A stretch of DNA of 64,000 nt, from NCBI RefSeq assembly GCF_000143415.4, contig NW_003314331.1, forward strand, positions 933,800 to 997,799. Reading direction: 5' to 3'. This document shows, in pieces, positions 35,629 to 47,839 of the stretch (its first letter is position 1; each line of letters opens with the position of its first letter). The stretch is from Selaginella moellendorffii (taxonomy: Eukaryota; Plantae; Lycopodiophyta). The notes under the pieces were generated by a model, which saw only the letters and a program-made list of their open reading frames with translations, had not been told where the DNA came from and ran no database searches. The translations under genes were made by a program, and so were the position numbers.

Positions 35629-38317
35629 TCAAGCACGAATGAAATCGTTTACCTGGACACTAATGGGGCTCTGTACATAATGGACGCCATCTGACCAAGT
35701 GATGGAGCCAAAAGCATAGTGTCCCACGGAACGAACTATTTTAGCAGCCTCAAACGTGATCTCATACGACAGTTTTGTCCCAGAGCTGTTGAAATGGAGA
35801 ATGTCTGGTTTGACTGTAACTTTGACGCTATGCGGCTCTTCCACAATTGCCCTGTAACTTGAGTATGGTGTTCCTACGTTTGTCACAACTCTTTTCACTG
35901 TTTTGGCTCCCACCAGGTTGGAGATTGTTATCGAGGGATAGTTCAGCTCAGTGGCTGCTAGAGTCTGAGACGAGCATTTGGAGTGTTCAATCTTGCAAAT
36001 GCTGCCCAGACTGCAGCAGAAGAGAGCATAGTCTTGAGGAGTGGTAACGTAAACAAGGCCTGGATCTGCTGCTTTGGTTGGATTGATGTGTCCTGCACCA
36101 TATCCGAAGGGGTTGGAATAACTTAGTGTGAAACTATCAGTTATTATATCCCTTGTGTTGTCCATGTTCCAAGCTGCAAGCGTGATACTTCAGGACAGAA
36201 CTTGCAAAACCCACAATACCTGTTGTCATAATTGCAGACTTGATTGCGGAGGGGCTCCAATCTGGATGCAAGGATTTAAGCAAAGCCGCGACACCGGAAA
36301 CGTGAGGACAGGACATGGACGTGCCACTCATCGCTCCAAAACTCTTTGCTGAGCTGCTTGAATGGCTTTTTGGAGGAATAGCAGCGATTATGTCAACGCC
36401 AGGAGCAATGATATCAGGCTGCAATGCCGGTGATATATCAGATGTTTGAATTTGAAAACCAAAGGACTCACAAACCTTCAGAATATCAGGAGAAATTGGG
36501 TTTGGTCCCCTGGATGAGAAGGTTGCAACAGTAGGGGCTGGTCCAATCCCGGTCACAGTTTCAGGTGGATGGATATAGATCGTTGACGATCTGCAATTGG
36601 AGGTAGCCAAGTTCAAATGATGAAGATAAACAAGATCGATCTGGCTTACTTCTCATGTGATCTGTGACCTAAGAGCTGCACACCGCATGCACTGGGAACT
36701 ACAAATATAGGGAGCGACAAGTTTCCTGTTATCGATATCAATCCGAATGTATCGGTGATTATAATTCCGGTGGCTCCAGCCTTTTCGATAGCATCTAGGT
36801 CCACGGGAAGCTCCGCGCTGGAAGCAAGGCAAAGGACATACTTCCCTCTCAGGGTGGTACCATTTAATCTCGCTTCTGTGCAATAGCTGCACAGAATTCA
36901 CCTCATCAGAGAGACACTAGTGTCCGAATGTATGCATACCCATCCTCCCCAGAGGCAATTCCATGCAATCCAACTTCAGAACCGGTCCGGTGCTGTGATG
37001 GCGTTGCCTGTCCAAAAACTTCAAAAATGAAGGTTCATACAGCCATTTTGCAAACCTGGCAAGAGGTAGCATTGTCGGGAAGAACGATCTTTGCATAGAA
37101 ACCCCGGTCAATAGTGCTTGCTCCCACACTCAGAATCCAGGGAGCAGTGTTCGTGATTGTGGACGGATATGGTCCCGAATTGCCACCACTTGCCACAACC
37201 AAAATCCCATTCTGGACTGCATGAAATGCGCCAATTGCAATGCCATCCGTGTTGTAGTCGTACGTATTGTCCACGCCTGCAGAAATGGAGAGGATGTCGA
37301 CTCCGTCATGAATTGCGTAGTCGATTGCAGAAATAATGTCTGCTTCGAAGCTGCTACTCTCTTCATAGAGTTTGTACATTGCAAGCCTAGCCATTGGTGC
37401 TCCACCACGAGCTATTCCACTGCCAAATTCATCATCGCTGGCTCCATATACAAGCCTGCCTACAGCGGTCGACGATGTATGCGTGCCGTGAGAGTTTTTG
37501 TCCCTGGGTGATCTGTAGTCTTCCACGCTAGGATCCACACTTTGGTCGAAATATCGAGCTCCTATAAGTTTCCTGCATTCAACCGTTAAAACACATTAAA
37601 CGACTATACTTCCAAGTCACTCGGAGGTCCCAACAACGAACCTATTACAGTTTGAAGCCGTGAAATTCTCGCCTATTTGACATATTCCCTTCCATCTTGT
37701 GGGAACTGGTGGCATTGATTTGTCATTGAAACTCTCAGCTTCAGGCCATACACCTGCAGAAAAGTTCCGAGATTTTGGTATCTGCTGCACACTAGAATCT
37801 GAAACTTAACAAACACCTGAATCCACAACCCCAACAATTACGTCCACTCCGAAGCCAGATTCTTGCAAAATGCCTTTGGGCTTCATGACATCCAATCCAA
37901 GGAAGTCCCAGCTGTGAGTTGTATGCAGCTTCATCTTTTTGCTGCGGAACACAGACACAACTCCAGGCATCTCTGTTACAGAAGTATTAGCCTGAAAACT
38001 GAGAGCACAGCCACTTACTGGACAAAGCTTTTGCATGCCCTGGATTCATATCTGCTGCGAAACCGCTGAATCCATGCCGGTAGCTGTACAAAATAGCACG
38101 TTTTGCCAAATCTTCACTTCCCAACACACTGGCCAGCGTGTCGTGATGGGATTTCGTTACCAGTTCGTGGTCTTCAACGGTTTTCTTCCCCATGTAGACT
38201 ATATAAACCTACGATGGCACCAGTTACCGACCGCTGTAGACTCAATAAAATACTTACCTCTCCCATCAAGCACTGGATTTGAGCCAGAAGAATAAGAAAA
38301 GCGATTAGTCGTGCCAT
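35629..38317 (-). CDS. Subtilisin-like serine protease (plant SBT, S8A), multi-exon
   Basis: Signal [21 protein letters not shown]9 prodomain VYIVYMG...[21 protein letters not shown], catalytic VVDSG / SHGTHT / [12 protein letters not shown], Fn3-like C-terminus. Confidence 0.93.
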
Positions 38318-39463
38318 TCTTCAGGAGTGCAATGCAATGGAAAATCCCTAGCTGCTTTCCGAGCATACCCGGGGGTTGATATAGAGGCCACCCCAGTCAG
38401 CATTCTGACCAGATGTACTGTGTGGGCCTTCAGGCACTCGAATTTTCTTTAGTTGCGATGTTGATCCGGCTGGCCCATCCGACCACTAGTAGTGGAGCCG
38501 CAAACAGCCAATGGGGTTGTCTGTAGTGCTGCCACTTCCCCCACCAATTCATTGCAGCAGAACTTTGATTGCAGGATCGAACAGAAACAATGCACAGTAC
38601 TCATTGCAGGTGAAAAACAAATTCGAGAAGCACATTAGGCTTCGTCCATTGATGATCCTGCATGTAAACACATTCTCTCTACAAAGAAAGTCGATGAACA
38701 AGCCGTTCCTGTTCAAAGCTGCGTAAGCTCCTAGTGCGGATAGGAGAATCTGTGTCAATGCAACCACCCTGGAGCCTTTACTTTTGAGATACTTGCGGTG
38801 ATTACATCCAAATGTATGCAAGCCTGAAGTGGTGAATCTGCTGTCGATGAGGTGGTATGTGGCACTGGCTTTAAACTTAATGTGGTACTGGTATGCTGAT
38901 GCGAGAGTGACGCCTAGAAATTCAACCAAACCCAAAACAAACAGACCTCTACAATTCAATTTGCAAGGTTCTAAAAAAGACAGCTCTAAGACAAATAATG
39001 CTGCTGCCAAGCAGGCCAGGATTTCAAGTTGTTAAAGTTGCATCTTCACATCAAATGCCCGTTTAACTATCACTTAGTCAGATATCGTCGTCGGGAGCAC
39101 GCTGTCAAAATGCAGCCACATAGCTCTTTTGAGATTTTAGGTGAAGTATTAAAAAAAATTCAAAAAAACTATTACTTGCAGATGACGTTTAATCAAAGAC
39201 CACGATGAAGTTGGCCACGCCCAGGGCCAGCGGCCCATTTGGAGGAGCACAATTAACTCGCGCCCGAATTTCACCTCTTTATACTGCTCCAGCATGTGGG
39301 CTCAATCCACCTGAAAACTAACCTGAAACAAAATGAAAGCAACAAACACGCGTTGACTGAAGAGGATTCTTTGTATCATGGAGATTTGTTTGACCAGTCA
39401 CACATTTTAAGAGCGGCGTGTGACGGAGGAAAACGGGTTAGCGATAATATAGTTGGCTTTCAC

Positions 39464-40290
39464 TCACGCTGCTCGAACTTTCTTCACAACCAAGTTGCTA
39501 CTAAAACCGGGAGCACTCCTCTTCACTCCACAGCGCCTCCTCCTGTGAATCGTCTTCTTGATCTTACTGCTGCAATACTCCACGATCCAGGGATGATCCA
39601 GCACACCATCCAGCATCAACCTCTCGCTCGGCTCCACAGCCAGCATCCCGCAGATGAGATCCTCCACCTCGTCTGAGAGAGGACAACCATCCGGGAATTC
39701 CCCGGCTCGCAACAACTCGATCTCCCTGGATTGCTTGTAGCCTCTCAGCAACTCCCACATGTCGATGTCTGTAGTGTAAAAGCTCTGCAACCTTGAGTCA
39801 CCATGACCACTCTTACAGCTCGTCATCTCCGGGGCCATATACTTCCCGGTTCCACAGTACTGCGACATCTCCTTGGGGTCGTCCGTGGCCACTCCAAAGT
39901 CTCCATCGTGCACGGCAAGAGCGTCCAGCTTGACGAAGATGTTCTTCGGCTTGAGATTCCGGTGGACGATGCCACTGGTATGTATCACCTTGAGCGCCTC
40001 CGCCAGAAGCTGGATGGTCTTGGCGGCCTCCTTCTCGCCCAGCGGCCCTCCCTTGATCAATCGATGCCACAGACTAGGGCCGCACAGCTCCATCATCATG
40101 GTCCCGTAGCAAGCCCCGCCGCTCCTCTCCCTCACGAAGCCCGCCAAGGAGACCACTCCATCCCGGCATAGCTCGTGGCACCCTTGAGCACGAAAACCTG
40201 GCCCTGGCGCCCCAGCCTCTGGCCCCTCGTGTAGATCTTGAGGAGCTCGGCACAATCGTCGTCCTCGAACTCACCGTCTTCGCGCACCAT
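39464..40290 (-). pseudogene. Intronless Ser/Thr kinase (CAMK/CDPK-like) pseudogene
   Basis: MELC, HRNLKPKN (HRD lost), DFG, GTGKYMAPE, LDHPWI; frameshift and deletions in the N-lobe and C-lobe. Confidence 0.75.
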
Positions 40291-40994
40291 CGTCCTCTCG
40301 CGCAATGATATGAGTAGAAACCCTAGCTTCACATAACGACTATATGTCGACGGCTGGGATGGCGTTTTGCCGACGGCTGAGATGTGATCGGCGATCAACG
40401 GTGCCGATGTGCCTAACCGTGAATATTTTTCGTCACCTTCTTGGACAGGCAAGACAGCGTAGTTGTAAGTTGAGCTCACTTCCAAACTTTTCTATATAAG
40501 CCTCCACAATCTTTTGATCTCGCATTTGTCAAGAAGATTTGGAAGCACAGGACCCAGAACCGGAGGCTTGTCGAGCTGGGCAAGCTACAAAGTTTTCTTC
40601 CTCTACAAAGCTCTCATGTTCTTCGCAAGGATTCACCTTGCGAGCTTTGTTCCAGGATTAAAAATGCGGATAAACAACTTGCAATCAACCTGTGACAGGA
40701 AACTGGAGGAGCTCAAATTCCTTCTCAAGTTTCTCACACAAAGGCACGTTTTCAAGCCTTCACTCCTCGATCTAACACGTGCAAAGGGGATGATCCACTA
40801 GGAAGAACTTTGACGTGTTTGCCGGGGAGGTCGGGGAACTTGCAAAAAGTTGGTCCGGCGGCTGAACACGCAAAAAGCTCAGAATATAACTAGCCTCGGG
40901 AAAGAATCACCCAAGTCAAGCAAATGGCAATCCAGCCTCAACAGCTTGGCGGAAGAAAGGATTCTGTCCTCGTACTAGGCTTTTGAAAATTTCT

Positions 40995-41490
40995 AAGCAG
41001 GGGCATTGCGATCGACGGGCTCTTGTGTGGAGAAGTGGCAGATCCAGTGCCCTCGAAGCAGGCAAACTCCATGGCCGCAGGGTCTACAATCTTTTGGTGG
41101 AGCGCGCAAGAACGTCTTCTCTTGATCACGGCCTATGCTAGCAGAAAAGAGGGGTGGAGGGAGTGAGCGAAGCAAGGACACTTAAGGTGGCGTTCCTCAG
41201 GCTGGCGAGGTCTTGCTGCAGGGCAACCCTGTTCAGGCGCTCCTTGAGGAGTGTGGCCTGAGCAGAGATCTGCAGATTGCCACAGAGATTCTAAGGAATC
41301 GAAGCTCTGCTGGCTGGAGAAGTTTTTAAGAAACAGAAAAATCTGGTGACGACAGTGCGGGCAATCCAAAGATACACGAGCACCTACACGACGCTTTGCT
41401 GTGACGATCTGGGCGATGGAGAAGAGATCCACGCTTGTGTTGTGAGGGCTGGGATCGAATGGAACGTTGCCATGTCCACTTCATTGGGGC
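40995..41490 (+). pseudogene. PPR relic (33559 type) ending just before the retroelement
   Basis: CDDLGDGEEIHACVVRAGIEWNVAMST matches 34190-34270. Confidence 0.75.
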
Positions 41491-41555
41491 GCTTTCTGCT
41501 CAGTGGACTCGTGCACCTTAAAACTCCCAAGCTTTCAAATCTTAGCTACGGCATA

Positions 41556-42079
41556 TGTTAGGATCCTATCCCTTACACCCTAAGCCAACTGGCTAAAGGG
41601 GTGATCACTTGATTGCAGGGCCCTTTCCTTATCCTATTATCCTAACCTGGTGCCTAATAATCCTCCCCCTCGTCAGGGAATGATCGTCCGTGATCATACT
41701 TAGGCCATCCTCCGGTCACCATGGTCCTTCTTTTAGGGTCTACCAAACCTTGGTTCTCCCTCTAGATCCACCATGTTAAATATTCCTTTAGAATATTCTT
41801 GCCCCACTCGTCAGCCACGAGAATCGAACTGGGCAAGAATATTCTAAAGGAATATTTAACATGGTGGATCTAGAGGGAGAACCAAGGTTTGGTAGACCTT
41901 AAAAGAAGGACCATGGTGACCGGAGGATGGCATAAGTATGATCACAGATGATCATTCCTTGACGAGGGGGAGGATTGTTAGGCACCAGGTCAGGATAATA
42001 GGATAAGGAAAGGGCCCTGCAATCAAGTGATCACCCCTTTAGCCAGTTGGCTTAGGGTGTAAAGGATAGGATCCTAACA
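41556..42079. repeat. Palindrome with 249-bp arms (41556-41804, 41831-42079) and a 26-nt loop
   Basis: Arms are reverse complements with about 8 mismatches by eye. Confidence 0.95.
41976..42079 (+). mobile_element. 104-bp mini-LTR (TGTTAGG...CCTAACA) with upstream PPT and downstream PBS
   Basis: PPT GAGGGGGAGGA at 41964-41974; PBS TGGTATCGGAGC at 42081-42092, complementary to the tRNA-iMet 3' end with one G:U pair. Confidence 0.75.
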
Positions 42080-42164
42080 TTGGTATCGGAGCTATGGTTG
42101 GATGGCCTATGGTGGGCATGGACTGGCAGGTAGGGATGTGTGGTGTGTTCAGCTTAGGGGGGAG

Positions 42165-42284
42165 TGTTGGAACTAAGCTGAACATGCACACAACCAGGGC
42201 AGGTAGCTCAGTGGTAGAGCACCTGGCACTGGTGTAGGAGGTTTTGGGTTCAATCCCCGGCCTGTCCAGATCCATTTTCCAACA
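42165..42284 (+). mobile_element. 120-bp LTR containing a tRNA-like cloverleaf (Pol III-type TRIM, Helenus-like)
   Basis: TGTTGGAA...TTCCAACA termini, PPT AGGGGGGAG immediately 5', PBS TGGTATCGGAG immediately 3', cloverleaf at 42197-42268. Confidence 0.85.
42197..42268 (+). ncRNA. tRNA-derived sequence with A and B boxes inside an LTR
   Basis: Acceptor GGGCAGG/CCTGTCC-A, D arm GCTC-AGTGGTA-GAGC, T arm TTGGG-TTCAATC-CCCGG; non-canonical anticodon arm. Confidence 0.8.
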
Positions 42285-42295
42285 TGGTATCGGAG

Positions 42296-44850
42296 TAACA
42301 ATTTACCGGCGTCCATTTCGATTAAGTTATGCGGAGGAGCAAGAAGTTCAACGACAAGTCAAGGAGTTACTTGAGTTTGGATTCATTCAGCCAAGTAAGT
42401 CTCCATTTGGTGCTCTGGTCTTGCTTGTGAAGAAGAAGGACGGTTCAATGCGAATGTGTATTGACTACCGCGCTTTGAACAAGAAGACAGTGAAGGATAA
42501 GATGCCGATGCCACGTGTAGATGATATCCTAGACAAGCTTGGTGAAGCACGAGTGTTTACCAAGATTGATCTGAGGAGTGGATATCATCAGATTGCAATG
42601 GATGATGCATCTATCTCTAAGACGGCATTCAACACAAGCTTTGGACATTTTGAGTTTACAGTTATGCCGTTTGGTTTGACGAATGTACCGGCCACATTTA
42701 CTCGATTGATGACGGAGGTCTTTGGGCATTATCTTCATGAGTTTGTGGAGATTTTCTTGGACGATATTCTTGTTTTTAGCAAAAATATGGAGGAGCATAG
42801 GGTGCATTTGCGCAAGGTTCTTTTGTTACTCCGAGACAGCAAACTTTATGCGAAGAAGAGCAAATGTGAATTTGCAAAGTCAAAGGTGGAATATCTAGGC
42901 CATATTGTGACATATAAGGGTGTCAAGACGGATCCAAGGAAGGTGGCTATGGTGGAAAACTGGCCTACACCGACTACAGTGGCTGAGTTGCGCAGTTTTC
43001 TTGGTATGGCTAGTTACTACCGATGTTTCCAGCATAAGTTTGCAGAGGTGGCTATTCCTTTGACGCGGTTGTTACGTAAGAATGTGCCATTCGAGTGGAA
43101 GACGCCACAAGAGGAGAGTTTTGTGGCGCTGAAACGATTGTTGAGCGAGGCTCCAGTGCTTCGCATTGCTGATCCATCGAAACCTTACGAGGTGACATGC
43201 GATGCGAGTGGTTATGCACTGGGAGGAGTTCTCATGCAAGAGGGACAGCCTATTGCATATGAGAGTCGAACTTTGAATTCTGCTGATATTCCACATATGA
43301 GCAAGAGTTACTCTCTATTGTTCATGCTTTGCGGACATGGCGACACTATCTTTATGGTGCAGTGTTCGTGGTGTTGACAGATCACAAACCACTTGTGTAT
43401 CTTTTCACACAGAAGGAGTTGAACACTAGGCAAGCTCGTTGGATGGTCAAACTCATGGAGTTTGGGGAGTTTCCTATTGAGCATCGTCCGGGAAAATCAA
43501 ATGTGGTGGCGGATGCTTTATCTCGTGTTCGTCATGTGACGACGTTACAAACACGATTTTGTCATCATTTGAGTAAGGTGGTCAGCGAGTTTGGGTAATT
43601 GGTTGAGCATGCTCAGGCTCAGGATGCTGAGGTGGCCTCTTTGCGAGACCAAATGGAAGCTCCTTTCTCATTGGTGGATGGGATTCTCTACTACAATGGC
43701 CGTGTCTATTTGCCACGGGTGGATGCGTTAATTACTCAAGTTTTATTCCACTATCATGATCGTCCAGAGGCCGGTCATTTTGGGGGGAAGAAGACGTATG
43801 AGTTGATTAAGCGCAACTTTTATTGGAGGAATATGAAGGCTGATATCCTCAAGTATTGTAAATCATGCGAGCTTTGGACTTTTGCAACCTTTACCTATTC
43901 CTCAGAGCCGTTGGTGTAGTATTTCTATGGACTTCATCACTTGTTTGCCACGAACACAGAGGCAAAAGGAGCAAGTATGGGTCATAGTGGATCGGTTGAC
44001 GAAGTATGTGCGGTTGTTGGCTCTTCGGAAGACTGTCACTGCCTCAGACTTGGCTGCGGTTTACTTGGAGAAGGTTTTTCCTGATTTTGGTTTGCCAGAG
44101 GACATCATTAGTGATCGAGATTCAAAGTTCACTAGTGGATTTTGGAAAAGCTTTGCAAAAGCTATGCAAGTGACTTTGAAACTCTCGAGTGGAGATCATC
44201 CTCAGACGGATGGGCAAACTGAGCGTGTGAATCAGGTGGTGGAGGATATGCTACGTTGTAGCATTGGTCAAAGGTAAGGACAGTGGGATTTATATCTTCC
44301 GTTGGTGCAATTTGCTTACAATAATAGCCAACACAGTGGAACAAAGCTAAGTCCTTACTTTGCCATGTTTGGAAGGCATCCTCGAACAGCGGTGGAGTTG
44401 GGATTGCATTTGAGTAAGGACGTTCAAGATAAGCTTGATTCCGAGGCAACTGATCTGGCCACAGAACTTGATGAGATTTTGGTGGTGTGCAAACGGAATT
44501 TGCAAGCAGCTCAGGATAGAGCGGAGAAGTTTGCCAATGAGCATCGCCAATTCCGGGAATATAAGGTGGGTGATCTCGTCTTTGTGCGAGTGATCTTTCC
44601 GTCAAGTGAGCGGCGGAACACCTTGGTGCCTTTACGGACAGGGAAGAGTGATAAACTCTCCCATTGATATGCTGGTCCATATGAAGTGCTGGAGCGCATT
44701 GGTAAAGCGGCTTATCGGGTGCGGCTGCCAGCTGGGGTGAAAATTCATCCGGTATTTTATGTCAGCCAGTTGAAAGGTGTACTATCTCGGAGTGACGGGC
44801 CCAATGCCTCCTTGATGTATACGGCTGTGGAAGATGGACCAGGAGCTTGA
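42296..44850 (+). pseudogene. pol: Ty3/gypsy pol (RT, RNase H, integrase with GPY/F motif), lacking gag and protease, disrupted
   Basis: [77 protein letters not shown]; stops at 43598, 44277 and 44667 plus frameshifts. Confidence 0.95.
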
Positions 44851-44918
44851 GCCCCCAGAAAGGGTGATCACCAGTACAACTCATCCTTGGGACAAGGACT
44901 TTGTTGGGGGGGAAGAAT

Positions 44919-45151
44919 TGTTAGGTGCCAGCTTTGACTACGTGGTCAACGTCGGTCAAAGGGAGGCTCAAGGGTATATTAAGGCATGTTAGGGTAAGGG
45001 ACTTAACCTACCCTAGGGCTCACAGTGGAGCGGCAGCGCAGTGGAGCTTTTGAGGTAGCTCGGGGGTGGTTGGGTGGTGAGGAACCTCAAGAGGTGGCGT
45101 AGCATAGTCTAGGGCAACTAGAGCTTTGTCTTTTTGTGCCGGATCATAACA
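44919..45151 (+). mobile_element. 3' LTR (233 bp, TGTTAGG...GGATCATAACA)
   Basis: Follows the gypsy-type CCTTGGGACAAGG and PPT GGGGGGGAAGAA; TATATTAA inside. Confidence 0.7.
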
Positions 45152-45299
45152 ACGTAGCTCTTCAATGCTACAGCATTGTATGTGTACAGATCTTTTATAT
45201 GTTCGAATGTCTTAGAAGCAATACTTTCGTCTTGCAACTGTGGATGGAATGTCGTTCTTGTTGGCAGTCATGGAAGGATGTCTCAAGGAAACCTGTTCT

Positions 45300-46000
45300 A
45301 TGTTGATTCCAACACAACTGTTAAACAAACTTAAAAAGAAAGTGTTAGGAATGAGCTCCTCACCGTGGCAGTGTTGTGCACAGGCATGCAATCAAGGTTT
45401 CTGCACTGTTTCATGCCTTACAGATTTGATTAAAGCCAGCATTTTATTTGGGTTTGTTCCTGACTGGTAAGACTGTGCAAACAAGAGTGGCATACCAATT
45501 ACATACCAGAAGAAGCTAATGGAGCAGCCGACACCAAATGTAATTGGATCCACATTCTCCTCCTACCACCCCACCTGATGGCTGTCATTAGGATCGACAG
45601 TTTGCTGGAAGCATGGCTTACTCAATGGACAAAGTGTACATAATGAACGTCCTTAAGAGGTCCATTTAGAAGCCTATTCACCACCATGCCATAACTTGCC
45701 ACCTGGAGTGGTCATTTGTCACCAAGCGGGAAGATGGGACACATGGAGTGTTAATGTCATGCAAAGAAGGCTGCCACCCAGAGCTTACTCAGAGCAATTT
45801 GTTGTTGATGATGGCTCTTCACCCATCACTAGTGTCTGCTTTAAAGGTGTTATGGCTGGATAGTGGTGGTTTGTTTCATATGACTCCTTTAAGATTTATG
45901 TTTCACATCTACAATAGGTTATGTTGGCGACAAATGACCACTCCAGGTGGAAGGCCATGGCATGGTGGTGATCAGGCTTCCAAATGCAACTGCCCAACAC
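45300..46000 (+). mobile_element. Ty1/copia gag-protease relic
   Basis: WLDSGGLFHMTP (copia protease motif) followed by VEGHGMVVI. Confidence 0.6.
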
Positions 46001-47095
46001 TCGCATCCCCCACTATCCTTCCAGTGCTCACAGCCTACCATGCCCCAAGGAGACAAGCACTTCACCCCAAGGAGTCAAAGCAGCGACTGCACCTTGAGCA
46101 AGCTTCCAGATCCAGCTAAGCTCGAAAACATTCGTCACAGATGGGTTGCCAAAACTAGTTTCTTACCATCCGCCCAGGAAAGCACAACATCGGCCAAACG
46201 ACTAGTGATGATAACATGAGGCCAACATTGCTGTAGCACCTGGACGATTGCAGCTAGAACCCTGTTGTCAACTAGTGACATCGGGTAAAAGTCAAGTCAT
46301 ATCAATCACTTACGTCAGAAGGAAGAACTCCTTTCTTCACTCCTGCAGGAAGAAGAGGTCATCCATTCCGAGACTAGCAAATTCTTCTGAGCTGCTGGAA
46401 GATGAGCTGAGCCTGGGCGAGACATTTTAGAACCAAGTAAGCTTGGCACTGGAGCAGCTCCAATGCCGCATTGGGACTCACATCCGATCCGCACGAAATC
46501 TCTCCGCCGCAAAAAAGATAAAATATCGAACCAAAACACGATTCGAGCTGCTTGCTACTCACCAGGAGCAGCGCGCGTGAAACACTTCTTCGAGTTGCCC
46601 GTTTCGGGCAAATGTTGTTATCGTTTCAGTCCGTACCTTTCGGGCGTCAATGAAAAACCTTTTCGCCTATTCCCTCTACTCAAGCGCAAAAGTAGTTACT
46701 GACTGGTCTTGATGAAAATCCAATTGTTGCTTGAGCTTTCTCAGCTCCAGTAGACCAAGCACGGAACAAATGCAAGGAGCAGCTTGAATCCGTGAGTCGC
46801 TGTCCCCTAATGGTTGCACCTTGCTGGATGGATCGTGGAAAACTAGATCCAGAGCAATCTTTGCCACATATGTCACCAGGCTGCCTGCGGGCCGTTATGG
46901 CCCAGGAACATAAAACCATGGTTTCTCATCGTTTTGAGTTGTGGACTTGCAGATGTGAGCTTGGTGGCTGCAAAGGACGACCTCGGCTAGACAAAATATT
47001 TTCTCTCATTTTTTATGTTTCTTCGTTTTCTTTTTTCTTCAGGCTCGAAAGATCAGGAAGCTCCTCCACACCAGCTACCAACGAATCAAAGATAA

Positions 47096-47159
47096 TGCGG
47101 TGAGCGTGGATCGAACACGCGGCCTTCAGATCCAGTCTGACGCTCTCCCAAACTGAGCT
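47096..47159 (-). pseudogene. tRNA-Phe pseudogene (copy of 13695)
   Basis: Same truncation and anticodon damage. Confidence 0.85.
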
Positions 47160-47229
47160 TGGATGGTTTTAGACAATAATTTCAATATGATTTAGTTAAA
47201 ATGTAAAAGCTTACCTCTACAATGAGAGT

Positions 47230-47740
47230 TTGGGGGCTCCGGCGATTTCGATCAAACCACTACAGCGGCTACTCTATAAATTCCTCTTCAATATCCTCAT
47301 CCCAGTCGCGTAGAATAAGTTTATTACTGTCTATCAAATGCCGGAAATGAGTAAAATCACTTGGACCGGACTGATTGCAGCATTTGCCCAAAATGGGCAT
47401 CTAGGCAAAGAGAAATCCATAGCATCATGGACGGCGATCAGGCCTCAATGTCCCCGGATGTTGTATATGGTACGAAAACCCTGTTCTTATCTCTGCGTGC
47501 TATCCTGGACCAGGCAGCAGCTCTTCGATTCGATGCCCGAGATGGATCTCATCAGCTCCACGGCGGCGTTCCAGGCATTGCGTGTTTGATTCCATGCCCG
47601 AGCACAACGCGGGGATCACTGGAGGTGACGCGCTAGGCTGAGGCGAGATGGGCGATCGCAAGGCAAGGGTGAGCGGGCTGATCCTCGAGGAGATTCCCTT
47701 CAACCATCGTGACGGTTCTTGAGAGGGGAGATTTGCGGAG
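47230..47740 (+). pseudogene. PPR relic
   Basis: MSKITWTGLIAAFAQNGHL, LFDSMPEMDLISS. Confidence 0.75.
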
Positions 47741-47839
47741 CTTGAAAGATTTACGTAATCAAAAAGGCAATGCTTGAATATGGGTTAAATTAGAAGAGCG
47801 AGTTTGTGTGAATTACATGAACTTGGTTACTCCTTTGTT

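Larger units (their letters stand above)
41556..45151 (+). mobile_element. Composite Ty3/gypsy-based LTR retroelement
   Basis: Starts TGTTAGG and ends TAACA; contains a palindrome, three distinct TG...CA LTR types, two PBS, three plus-strand PPTs and pol. Confidence 0.85.

Noticed and set aside
38549-39010. 153-aa minus-strand ORF
   Set aside because: Non-ATG start, no recognisable domain and no supporting gene structure
39464-40290. Functional pseudokinase (HRN motif)
   Set aside because: A frameshift and missing subdomains indicate decay rather than a conserved pseudokinase
42197-42268. Functional tRNA gene
   Set aside because: The anticodon arm is non-canonical (G:G pair, no U33) and the sequence sits inside a TG...CA LTR between a PPT and a PBS
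42244-42295. N-terminus of the 377-aa RT ORF
   Set aside because: It begins at a TTG inside the tRNA-like LTR and runs through the PBS; pol homology starts at ~42296
41551-45156. Target-site duplication around the composite element
   Set aside because: The flanks GCATA and ACGTA do not match
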